DNA from: Candidatus Omnitrophota bacterium
GTDB taxonomy: Bacteria > CAIJMQ01
Direction of reading: 5' to 3'
Assembly (NCBI GenBank): GCA_018812925.1
Contig: JAHJCU010000005.1
Location: 70,957 to 134,956, forward strand
Length of the DNA: 64,000 bases
Shown here: positions 9,869-17,400 of the stretch, in pieces
How the letters are laid out: each line of letters starts with the position of its first letter
How positions within the stretch are numbered: position 1 is the first letter of the stretch
Notes under the pieces: generated by a model
The model's database searches: none
What the model was told of the DNA's origin: nothing
The model's input: the letters and a program-made list of their open reading frames with translations, nothing else
Translations under genes and position numbers: made by a program

Positions 9869-10135
9869 TTATTTTTTGCAGGTAGAGCAGCCTTTTGGCT
9901 CGCAGGATGAAGAACAGGAAGAACTTTTTGGAGGGCTTTCAGTTTTATTTTCTTTCTTCTTATAATCCGTAGCGTAAAACCCGGAACCTTTGAATATCAG
10001 CCCCGCTCCCGCTCCTATCAATCTTTTTACTTTACCGTTGCATTTCGGACACTTCTTTAAAGATTCTGCTGTCATGCTGTGGAACGCTTCAAATTTGTGT
10101 CCGCATTTTTTACATTCGTAGTCGTAAGTAGGCAT
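9869..10135 (-). CDS. FmdB-family zinc-ribbon protein.
   Basis: 'MPTYDYECKKCGHKFEAF...CPKCNGKVKRL' is the canonical FmdB CxxC...CxxC N-terminus. The likely start is the internal Met; the ORF caller extends it to 10168. Confidence 0.7.
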   Translation of the reverse strand: MPTYDYECKKCGHKFEAFHSMTAESLKKCPKCNGKVKRLIGAGAGLIFKGSGFYATDYKKKENKTESPPKSSSCSSSCEPKGCSTCKK

Positions 10136-10243
10136 TTTTTCTCCTAAAACAGCAGGGCAATATACCATTTCAACTTCATTTTAGTCAAATTCTGCCACGA
10201 AATTGACTCATTTTAAAAAACCGCTTATAATGCCAAGTCATTC

Positions 10244-10317
10244 GGGCCATTAGCTCAATTTGGCAGAGCAGTGGACTCTTAATCCATTTGTTGCAGGTTC
10301 AAGTCCTGCATGGCCCA
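10244..10317 (+). tRNA. tRNA-Lys (anticodon CTT).
   Basis: Cloverleaf folded by hand. Acceptor GGGCCAT/ATGGCCC, D-stem GCTC/GAGC, anticodon stem GTGGA/TCCAT with loop CTCTTAA (anticodon CTT), T-arm GCAGG-TTCAAGT-CCTGC, discriminator A. Confidence 0.85.
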
Positions 10318-10532
10318 CTAAACTAAGAAAATGATACTTGATGCTAGATTCTTGATACTAGTGGAAACAAGTAATCAGACTAAAACCCAATAAAAGCGGA
10401 GAAAAACTAATTCTATAAAGATTAAAAGTATCTAGACAAAACAAGTTTTGTAGTTACCCAACACCTATTTCAGAGAGAAATCCTACCAATTTATTTGTGC
10501 ATAAATATTTTTAAAGTAAGACAAAAAAGCAC

Positions 10533-10561
10533 TTGACATACTTTTTATAGTATAGTATACT
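10533..10561 (+). promoter_or_regulatory. Sigma70-like promoter with an overlapping palindromic operator upstream of the antitoxin gene.
   Basis: TTGACA (10533-10538), a 17-nt spacer, then TATACT (10556-10561). The palindrome AGTATAG/TATACT overlaps the -10. An AAGGAGG RBS lies 8 nt before ATG 10586. Confidence 0.45.
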
Positions 10562-10585
10562 TTCTATCAAAAGGAGGAAATTTAG

Positions 10586-10822
10586 ATGACCACAACAGTT
10601 GTAACCACAAAAGGGCAGATAGTAATACCTTCAAAAATTCGCAATCGGCTAAAAATAAAAAGAGGGACAAAACTTTATATAGAAGAAAACGGCACGGAAC
10701 TAATTCTTAAACCTGTCACGCCCGAATACTTCGGAAGAATAGCCGGAGTTTTATCTACTAAGGGTAAATTGTCAAAAGCGTTATTGGAAGGACGCTCAAA
10801 AGACAAAGGAAGAGAGGGCTAA
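10586..10822 (+). CDS. AbrB/MazE/SpoVT-type antitoxin.
   Basis: 78 aa. 'TKGQIVIPSKIRNRLKIKRGTKLYIEENGTELILKP' is a swapped-hairpin AbrB-type DNA-binding fold. The stop lies 3 nt before the PIN gene start. Confidence 0.7.
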   Translation: MTTTVVTTKGQIVIPSKIRNRLKIKRGTKLYIEENGTELILKPVTPEYFGRIAGVLSTKGKLSKALLEGRSKDKGREG

Positions 10823-10825
10823 ACT

Positions 10826-11224
10826 ATGACGAGCATTCTTGATTCTCACGGACTTTTAGCATTCTTGGAAAAAGAACCCGGATTCGAAAAAGTGGAATCT
10901 CTTTTTGTAAATGCGGTTGCAAAAGACAAAGACCTGCTGATGACTTCGGTAAATTGGGGAGAAGTTTATTATATAGTTCTCCGTGAATGCGGAGCAGAAA
11001 AAGCGCAGGAAATAGAAAGAGTAATAAAAACCCTGCCTATAGAAATTATTGATGTTGACATAACCCTTGCCAAACAAGCCGCTTATTTCAAAGCCACAAA
11101 GAAGCTCTCCTATGCGGATTGTTTCGCCGCCGCTTTAGCAAAACAACATAAAGGAGAAGTCGTAACGGGTGATAAAGAATTTAAAGCAGTAGAGGATGAG
11201 GTAAGAATTGCATGGATAATTTAA
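10826..11224 (+). CDS. PIN-domain ribonuclease toxin (VapC-like).
   Basis: 132 aa. Begins 'ILDSHGLLAFL', with a PIN acidic residue pattern including a C-terminal 'VTGDKEF'. Paired with the upstream AbrB antitoxin. Confidence 0.7.
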   Translation: MTSILDSHGLLAFLEKEPGFEKVESLFVNAVAKDKDLLMTSVNWGEVYYIVLRECGAEKAQEIERVIKTLPIEIIDVDITLAKQAAYFKATKKLSYADCFAAALAKQHKGEVVTGDKEFKAVEDEVRIAWII

Positions 11225-13566
11225 ATTTATTATTAAAATTAGTAAAAGCACAAGATGAGGAAGAAGTTGGCAATATAATTACTTGCCATCCTGTATTGTC
11301 AAAAGAGGAGAATTGGAAACCACTTGCTGGGGAGCGCTCAAATATCGGTTTTGCTCATGCTCAACAAGCAAGTCCGATTCCCGCTTTAATAGAAAAACCA
11401 GTCAACTCGATAGATGCTCTTTTAACAAAGGAATGTATTCTAAGGGATATCGATCCTGAAGAACAGAAAGCCCCCTCTAGTATTCAAGAAGCTGCTGAAA
11501 AATTTTTCGGTATAGAAAGAGGGGATTTTACTGAAATTACAGACAAGCGATTACGTGAGGTTGCAGAAAATATTCAGATAATCGCTGACGGCACCAGACG
11601 AAACCCAAATATAATAATTTATGATAATGGAGAAGGACAGCATCCATCTAATTTTGAAAAAACTTTTCTGTATCGTTCAAGAGAGAACAAAATCAAAATA
11701 AAATTTGTTCAAGGGAAATTTAATATGGGCGGGACTGGAGCATTACGTTTCTGCGGAGCAAATAAATATCAACTTATATTATCACGCAGACATACTTCGT
11801 TATTAAATGAAAATCTAGGCCTTTATGGATTTACTTTAGTAAGATTTCATAGAGTAACTACTGTGGGTGAATATAAAAGCCAGTGGTATGAATATTGTGT
11901 CGATAAAACTGGGGATGTCTTTTCTTTTTCATCTGAAGAACTAAATTTGGGTCTATTCAGAAGGAAATTCCAATATGGGACTTACATAAAACTTTTCAAT
12001 TACGATTTACCAGATCGTTCCGATATAAGATTGGGACTATGGAGAGCATTCAATCGCTACTTATATTATCCAGCTTTACCGATTCTTTTATATGAAAAGA
12101 GAGATTATAAAGGAGGACATGGGGACCCAACAAAACTGATGCTTGGAAATAAAATGAGAATTATGAAAGACGGAAGGGAGCAAAAAGAGACATCCTTCCC
12201 TTTAGAGATAAATTTTAAGAATTTTAAGTTCCATGGAGAGGTTACAGTTTTTAAAGATGAGGTTGATAAGAATGAATTCGTAGAAAAACTTGCTGTGATA
12301 TTTACAATAAATGGACAAGTACATGATTATTTGGGTAGTTCTTTTATTGCTTCCAAGAACGGCGCTAATTTACCATATTTAAGTAACTCCCTTTTAGTTA
12401 ATATCGATTGCAGTAATATATCGCCATATATTCGCGATGAGTTATTTATGTCTTCTCGAGATAGAAGGGCTGAAACAGAGACGAAACGCGAATTAGACTA
12501 TGAGATAGCAAGGGAATTAAGAGACCTCGATATTTTACGGCAACTTAATGAGAAAAGAAGAGATGAAAAAATTTTCAAAAATCCTAAAGACGAGGACTTT
12601 CTAAAAAGAGTAATGAGCAGGTTAATTAGTAAGAATGAAGAAATTAGTAAACTGTTAGGACTTAATGGAGACATTGCTAGTAATATTATAAAGAAAACGC
12701 TACAAAAGAGAATTGAGAAGCAAGGCGAAATATTTAAACCAAAACGTTATCCTTCTTTTGTAAGATTTAAAAAGATAGCCCCCGGTAATATTAAAATGCT
12801 ACCTCAAAATGGCGAGTGCAAATTGTTCTTAGAAACAGACGTAGAGAACGAATACCTTATAAGACCACGAGACAAAGGAGACTTTAAAATTACCTTTGAA
12901 AAACCCCATTTAGGTGTTGGAGGAGAAGGAAGAGAAAAAGGTTCAGAAGAAGAAGTTTTTGATGTCAATATTGTTGGACCTACTCAAGGAGAAATAAAAC
13001 TAAGAATAAAAACAAAAAAAGAGTTACCAGTAGGCACAACTGTTAATATGAAAATAGAATTGTCTTCACCCGATGGACCTCATGTGTTAACAGCTTTTAT
13101 TAAAATTGATAATCCAATCAAAGAAGCACATGAAAAAGAAATTGAAATTAGAAAAACTTATCAATTGCCAGAAATTATAGATGTATATCGAGAGAAAAAA
13201 CAAGATATTGATACTCCAATTTGGAATAGTAATGATTATAATTGGACTGGAGAAGACATATGTAAAATTTGGCAATCAAGTGGAGAAAATAGTCTTGTTG
13301 ACGCAGTAGCAATAAATATGGATGCTAATTCCCTTCATGACTATATAAGAAAAAGAAAATTAACGGACAAACAAATAGAGAGCACTTCAAGATTATATCG
13401 GGTAGGGATTTATTTAATCTCTTTAATAACATACTTCCAACTTTCTCAACGAGAAGGTATTGAAGACAAAGAAGAATTGGCTTCTTATCTGATGAAGGGT
13501 GTAGGTAAGATTATAATTCATGTCATAATTAATGACGAAATAATTAAAGAGATAGATAAGGAATAA
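11212..13566 (+). CDS. Large GHKL (Bergerat-fold, MutL/MORC/HATPase_c_3-like) ATPase with an uncharacterised ~330-aa C-terminal region.
   Basis: N-box 'IEKPVNSIDALL' (E-x3-N-x2-DA), G1 box 'IIIYDNGEGQ' (DxGxG), G2 box 'GKFNMGGTGALRF', then a MutL-transducer-like 'VIFTINGQVHDY' segment. The start ATG overlaps the PIN stop by 13 nt (ATGGATAATTTAA), indicating translational coupling. Confidence 0.6.
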   Translation: MDNLNLLLKLVKAQDEEEVGNIITCHPVLSKEENWKPLAGERSNIGFAHAQQASPIPALIEKPVNSIDALLTKECILRDIDPEEQKAPSSIQEAAEKFFGIERGDFTEITDKRLREVAENIQIIADGTRRNPNIIIYDNGEGQHPSNFEKTFLYRSRENKIKIKFVQGKFNMGGTGALRFCGANKYQLILSRRHTSLLNENLGLYGFTLVRFHRVTTVGEYKSQWYEYCVDKTGDVFSFSSEELNLGLFRRKFQYGTYIKLFNYDLPDRSDIRLGLWRAFNRYLYYPALPILLYEKRDYKGGHGDPTKLMLGNKMRIMKDGREQKETSFPLEINFKNFKFHGEVTVFKDEVDKNEFVEKLAVIFTINGQVHDYLGSSFIASKNGANLPYLSNSLLVNIDCSNISPYIRDELFMSSRDRRAETETKRELDYEIARELRDLDILRQLNEKRRDEKIFKNPKDEDFLKRVMSRLISKNEEISKLLGLNGDIASNIIKKTLQKRIEKQGEIFKPKRYPSFVRFKKIAPGNIKMLPQNGECKLFLETDVENEYLIRPRDKGDFKITFEKPHLGVGGEGREKGSEEEVFDVNIVGPTQGEIKLRIKTKKELPVGTTVNMKIELSSPDGPHVLTAFIKIDNPIKEAHEKEIEIRKTYQLPEIIDVYREKKQDIDTPIWNSNDYNWTGEDICKIWQSSGENSLVDAVAINMDANSLHDYIRKRKLTDKQIESTSRLYRVGIYLISLITYFQLSQREGIEDKEELASYLMKGVGKIIIHVIINDEIIKEIDKE

Positions 13567-13587
13567 AAGGAGTTGTATCTTGTATTG

Positions 13588-13605
13588 AGCAGGGCAGGCT
13601 GATAC
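13588..13605. repeat. Left arm of a 300-bp-spaced inverted repeat (AGCAGGGCAG-G-CTGATAC).
   Basis: Reverse complement of 13910-13927 with one mismatch. Located 22 nt after the GHKL gene stop. Confidence 0.6.
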
Positions 13606-13682
13606 TTCCTTTTTGCAACTTTCAAGTCTGGTATTTGGGGAAGACAGATAACTGAAGGTTTGTCAGAAAGGAGGTGAAAGCC

Positions 13683-13895
13683 ATGGTTAATTGTAAGAAC
13701 GATGCTCCTGGAATGAGGGGGTATCGTTCTAGGAACCAAAATGGCCTACTGCGTGACAAACGTGATGATACTCATATGGGCACCATTGAAGCGCAGTATG
13801 GTCATGATTTCGGGGTTCGTTCTGATATGCTTTTGGGAAATTACCTAAAGCAAAGAAGAATTGCTTCTCTGAATGATTTAGTTAATGGTAAATAA
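13683..13895 (+). CDS. Small basic hypothetical protein (70 aa) lying between the inverted-repeat arms.
   Basis: AGGAGGTG RBS 7 nt upstream of ATG 13683. The ORF is visibly GC-richer than the flanking DNA. No recognisable motif. Confidence 0.4.
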   Translation: MVNCKNDAPGMRGYRSRNQNGLLRDKRDDTHMGTIEAQYGHDFGVRSDMLLGNYLKQRRIASLNDLVNGK

Positions 13896-13909
13896 CCATA
13901 ACTAAAGGT

Positions 13910-13927
13910 GTATCAGACTGCCCTGCT
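13910..13927. repeat. Right arm of the inverted repeat (GTATCAG-A-CTGCCCTGCT).
   Basis: Pairs with 13588-13605. Confidence 0.6.
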
Positions 13928-14023
13928 GTACAAAACAGCGACTAATCACACAAAAATGTATTTATAAAATAGCGCTCTCTTCCCCTTTTTACATTCTCTA
14001 TTATGTGGTAAAATTTAACACTT

Positions 14024-14107
14024 GCCGAGGTGGCGGAACTGGTAGACGCGCATGGTTGAGGGCCATGTCCCTTTATTGGGATGGGGGTTCAAGTCCCCCC
14101 TTCGGCA
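14024..14107 (+). tRNA. tRNA-Leu (anticodon GAG).
   Basis: Acceptor GCCGAGG/CTTCGGC, anticodon stem CATGG/CCATG with loop TTGAGGG, long variable arm, T-arm GGGGG-TTCAAGT-CCCCC, discriminator A. Confidence 0.85.
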
Positions 14108-14118
14108 CTAATTTTTTT

Positions 14119-14260
14119 GTCATTGCGAGCGACTGAAAAGAGCGCGGCGATCTCATGAGATTGCTTCACTTCGTTCGTCTCTAGAAATCTGCCCTCTGCA
14201 ATTTGAAAAATTGCGAGGACTAAGTCCCTGAAATTCCTGCGAATTTCTCAGGGCAATGAC
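14119..14260 (+). repeat. MITE-like element (family A, full-length copy). It has terminal inverted repeats GTCATTGCGAGCG...GGGCAATGAC and an internal ~66-bp triple-hairpin core.
   Basis: Core GCAATTTGAAAAATTGC-GAGGACTAAGTCCCT-GAAATTCCTGCGAATTTC-TCAGGGC. A homologous full-length copy is at 39241-39393, and core copies are at 35557, 44644, 44800 and 62221. Confidence 0.6.
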
Positions 14261-14294
14261 ATTTCTCCGTAATCAATCTTTTATACAAAAAATA

Positions 14295-15350
14295 ATGAAA
14301 CTTTCCGATTTTAATTACGAACTTCCAAAAGAATTTATTGCGCAAGAACCTGTAACGCCAAGAGACAGTTCCAAGTTAATGGTTGTTGACAGAAAAAACA
14401 AAACCATCCAGCATAAAGTCTTTAGTGATATAGGTGATTTTCTTAATAAAGGCGACCTCTTAGTAATAAACGATGCGAAAGTATTTCCTGCTCGATTGTT
14501 AGGTAAAAAAGAATCTACCGGAGGCAAAGTAAATGTCCTGCTTATTGAAAAAGAAGAAGGCAAGAGGTGGAAGTGTCTTGTTCAAGGTTCCGGCAGGATA
14601 AAAATAGGACTACGGATGGTATTTGGAGACGGAAAGTTGAAAGGTGAAATAGAGAATTATAACAGGGGAATATATACTGTAAACTTTGCCCTGAACCAGA
14701 ACGAGTTCGATTCAGGGTCTAAATATGAAGATAATTTCAGACAGATTTTAGGAGAGATAGGAGAAGCACCCATACCCCCGTATATTACAAAGAGAACTGA
14801 TACTTCGGAAGAGAGATATCAGACTGTTTATGCAAAAAAAGATGGAGCTATCGCGGCGCCTACAGCAGGTTTTCATTTTACGAAAGAATTACTTGAAAGG
14901 CTGAAAGCCAAAGGAATATCAATTGCGACGATAACACTCATAGTAGGCAGAGGTACTTTTAATCCCATAAAAACAGAAATCTTAGAAGAACATGTAATGG
15001 ACGAGGAATATTTCGAGTTAAGAAACGAGGAGATAGAGAAAATAAACAAACAAATTGAAAGAAAAGGCAGGATAATTGCTGTGGGGACTACAAGTGTAAG
15101 AACTCTCGAAAGCGCATTTAAGAATGGCAAAATAAGCAAAAATATGGGAAAAACTTCGCTCTTTATTTATCCGGGTTATAAATTCGAAACCATAGATACA
15201 CTTATTACTAATTTCCATCTTCCCAAATCAACTTTACTATTGTTAACTTGCGCTTTTGGCGGAAGAGAACTGATATTAAGAGCTTATCAAGAAGCTATCA
15301 AAAAAAATTATCGTTTTTATAGTTTTGGAGATGCAATGCTTATATTATAA
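14295..15350 (+). CDS. queA: S-adenosylmethionine:tRNA ribosyltransferase-isomerase.
   Basis: 'MKLSDFNYELPKEFIAQEPVTPRDSSKLMVV' is the canonical QueA N-terminus, and the ~350-aa length fits. The ORF caller extends it to 14256. Confidence 0.85.
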   Translation: MKLSDFNYELPKEFIAQEPVTPRDSSKLMVVDRKNKTIQHKVFSDIGDFLNKGDLLVINDAKVFPARLLGKKESTGGKVNVLLIEKEEGKRWKCLVQGSGRIKIGLRMVFGDGKLKGEIENYNRGIYTVNFALNQNEFDSGSKYEDNFRQILGEIGEAPIPPYITKRTDTSEERYQTVYAKKDGAIAAPTAGFHFTKELLERLKAKGISIATITLIVGRGTFNPIKTEILEEHVMDEEYFELRNEEIEKINKQIERKGRIIAVGTTSVRTLESAFKNGKISKNMGKTSLFIYPGYKFETIDTLITNFHLPKSTLLLLTCAFGGRELILRAYQEAIKKNYRFYSFGDAMLIL

Positions 15351-15490
15351 AAATTCGAATTTCGAATATCGAAGCACGAAACAAGCGCGAATGACAGAAA
15401 TTCAAATAACCAAAACAATAAGTTTAGAAAATTAGGACATTAGAATTTTGAATTTGTTTCGGATTTCGTGCTTAAGATTTAGGATTTGCT
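15351..15490. repeat. Palindromic ~140-bp dispersed element (family B, copy 1).
   Basis: Internal inverted repeat CGAAGCACGAAAC...GTTTCG-GTGCTT. About 85% identical over ~100 bp to 20606-20745. Confidence 0.6.
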
Positions 15491-15568
15491 TTAACGGGTC
15501 AGATTGACGAGGAGCACGTATTTTAGTAAATTACTAACTTACAAAAACAAAATCAGGAGATTTAACAA

Positions 15569-17266
15569 ATGTTATCTGATTTGGATATTGCTCAACAAGC
15601 AAAAATGCAGCCTATTAGCGAGATTGCCGACAAGTTAGGAGTGCAACAAGACGAGTTAGAATCTCACGGCAATTATATGGCGAAAATAGACCTTAATATA
15701 CTCAAGCGATTAGAAGATAAACCTAATGGTAAATTTATAACTGTTACAGCTATAACCCCTACACCTTTAGGAGAAGGTAAAACAGTTACTAATCTGGGCT
15801 TAGGGATGGCTCTTTCTAAAATTGGCAAGAAAACCTGCAATGTTATTCGCGAGCCTTCAAAAGGTCCGACTTTTGGGATAAAAGGCGGTGCCTGCGGAGG
15901 AGGATATTCGCAAGTTGTCCCAATGGAGAATATAAATCTTCATTTTACAGGAGACATTCATGCAGTAGATACGGCTCATAATCTATTAAACGCCGCACTT
16001 GATTCCCATCTTGCCCATGGCAACAAGCTCAATATTGATACTAATTTCATAACAATAAACAGATGTGTCGATGTAAGTGACAGGGCTTTAAGAGATATAG
16101 TAATTGGTTTGGGAGGAACAGCTAACGGTTATCCGCGTCAGGCAGGTTATGATATTACCGTAGCAACGGAAACCGCAGCCATACATTCCCTAACTAATTC
16201 ATTAAAGGATTTGAGGCAAAGATTGGGAAGAATGGTGGTGGGATATACTTATGATGGAAAACCCGTAACCGCGGAAGACTTAAAAGTAGCCGGCGCAATG
16301 ACTGTGTTGATGAAAGACGCTATAAAACCAAACTTGGTGCAGACGCTTGAAAATACTCCCGCCATAGTTCACGGATTCCCTTTTGCCAATGTAGCTCACG
16401 GTAATAATTCCGTTATAGCTAATCTTGCAGCGCTTAAGTTGGCTGATTATGTTGTTACTGAAAGCGGGTTTGGCGCTGACTGCGGAGCGGAAAAATTAAT
16501 TGATGTAGTTTGCAGGCAGGCAAATTTGAAACTTGACTGTGTGGTAATTACTTTGTCCATAAGAGCTTTGAAGATGCACGGCGGTGCTTTTGAATTAAAG
16601 CCGGGACAGAAATTAAACAGAGAACTCGTAGCAAAAGATAATATGCCTGCCTTGGAAAAGGGCTGCGAGAATTTAAAAGTGCATATAGAAAATATGCGTA
16701 GTTTCGGTATACCTGTTGTAGTTACTATCAACAAATTTACAGACGATAAACCTCAGGAAACGGATTTTGTTAAGAAGTATGCTGTTGATAACGGCGCAAG
16801 TTTCGCTGTTCCTATAGACCCGTGGGCTAAAGGAGGGGAAGGATGCTTAGAGGCGGCAGAAGCTATAGTCAAAGCCTGCAGTATGCCTAACAATTTCCAT
16901 TTCCTTTATCCAGATGATTTATCAATAGAGGAAAAGATAGAAACTATTGCCAAGAAAATATACCGCGCGGATGGCGTCGATTATTCTCCGCAAGCAAAAA
17001 AGAGAATAAAACTTTATACAAAATTAGGTTACAGCAAGTTACCGATAAATATGGCTAAGACACATCTTTCTATTTCGCATGACCCTAATTTAAAAGGCGC
17101 GCCTAAAGATTTCCGTGTGCCGGTAAGAGATATAAGAGCTTCGATAGGAGCGGGTTTTCTATATCCGTTACTTGGCCAGATGCGGACAATGCCGGGACTT
17201 CCTTCTCGCGCTGCGTATATGGATGTGGATATCGACAGTGAAGGAAAAACATTAGGACTGTTCTAA
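15569..17266 (+). CDS. fhs: Formate--tetrahydrofolate ligase.
   Basis: 'LSDLDIAQQAKMQPISEIA', 'TPTPLGEGKTVT' and a length of 565 aa fit FTHFS. Confidence 0.9.
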   Translation: MLSDLDIAQQAKMQPISEIADKLGVQQDELESHGNYMAKIDLNILKRLEDKPNGKFITVTAITPTPLGEGKTVTNLGLGMALSKIGKKTCNVIREPSKGPTFGIKGGACGGGYSQVVPMENINLHFTGDIHAVDTAHNLLNAALDSHLAHGNKLNIDTNFITINRCVDVSDRALRDIVIGLGGTANGYPRQAGYDITVATETAAIHSLTNSLKDLRQRLGRMVVGYTYDGKPVTAEDLKVAGAMTVLMKDAIKPNLVQTLENTPAIVHGFPFANVAHGNNSVIANLAALKLADYVVTESGFGADCGAEKLIDVVCRQANLKLDCVVITLSIRALKMHGGAFELKPGQKLNRELVAKDNMPALEKGCENLKVHIENMRSFGIPVVVTINKFTDDKPQETDFVKKYAVDNGASFAVPIDPWAKGGEGCLEAAEAIVKACSMPNNFHFLYPDDLSIEEKIETIAKKIYRADGVDYSPQAKKRIKLYTKLGYSKLPINMAKTHLSISHDPNLKGAPKDFRVPVRDIRASIGAGFLYPLLGQMRTMPGLPSRAAYMDVDIDSEGKTLGLF

Positions 17267-17400
17267 GAAAGTAAGAAGTTCAATGAAGAAGACTTTAGAC
17301 ATTAGACTTTGGACTCTGGATTTAAAAATCTTTTTTTGGGTAGTCTTAAGTCTAAGGTCTTTGGTCTATAGTCTATTCGCCAAAGGCGAATATTAAAATT

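Noticed and set aside
13930-14023. A search for an att-site direct repeat of the tRNA-Lys 3' end at the far side of the island.
   Set aside because: I could not find a convincing copy of GGTTCAAGTCCTGCATGGCCCA near 13.9-14.0 kb by eye. The region instead abuts tRNA-Leu, so I cannot call the island boundaries or an integrative origin.
17281-17400. Possible T-box or leader structures upstream of alaS, thrS, serS and argS.
   Set aside because: No specifier-loop or T-box 'AGGGUGGNACCGCG' consensus is visible. The hairpins present belong to the dispersed repeat families or are short palindromes such as TATTCGCC-AAA-GGCGAATA.
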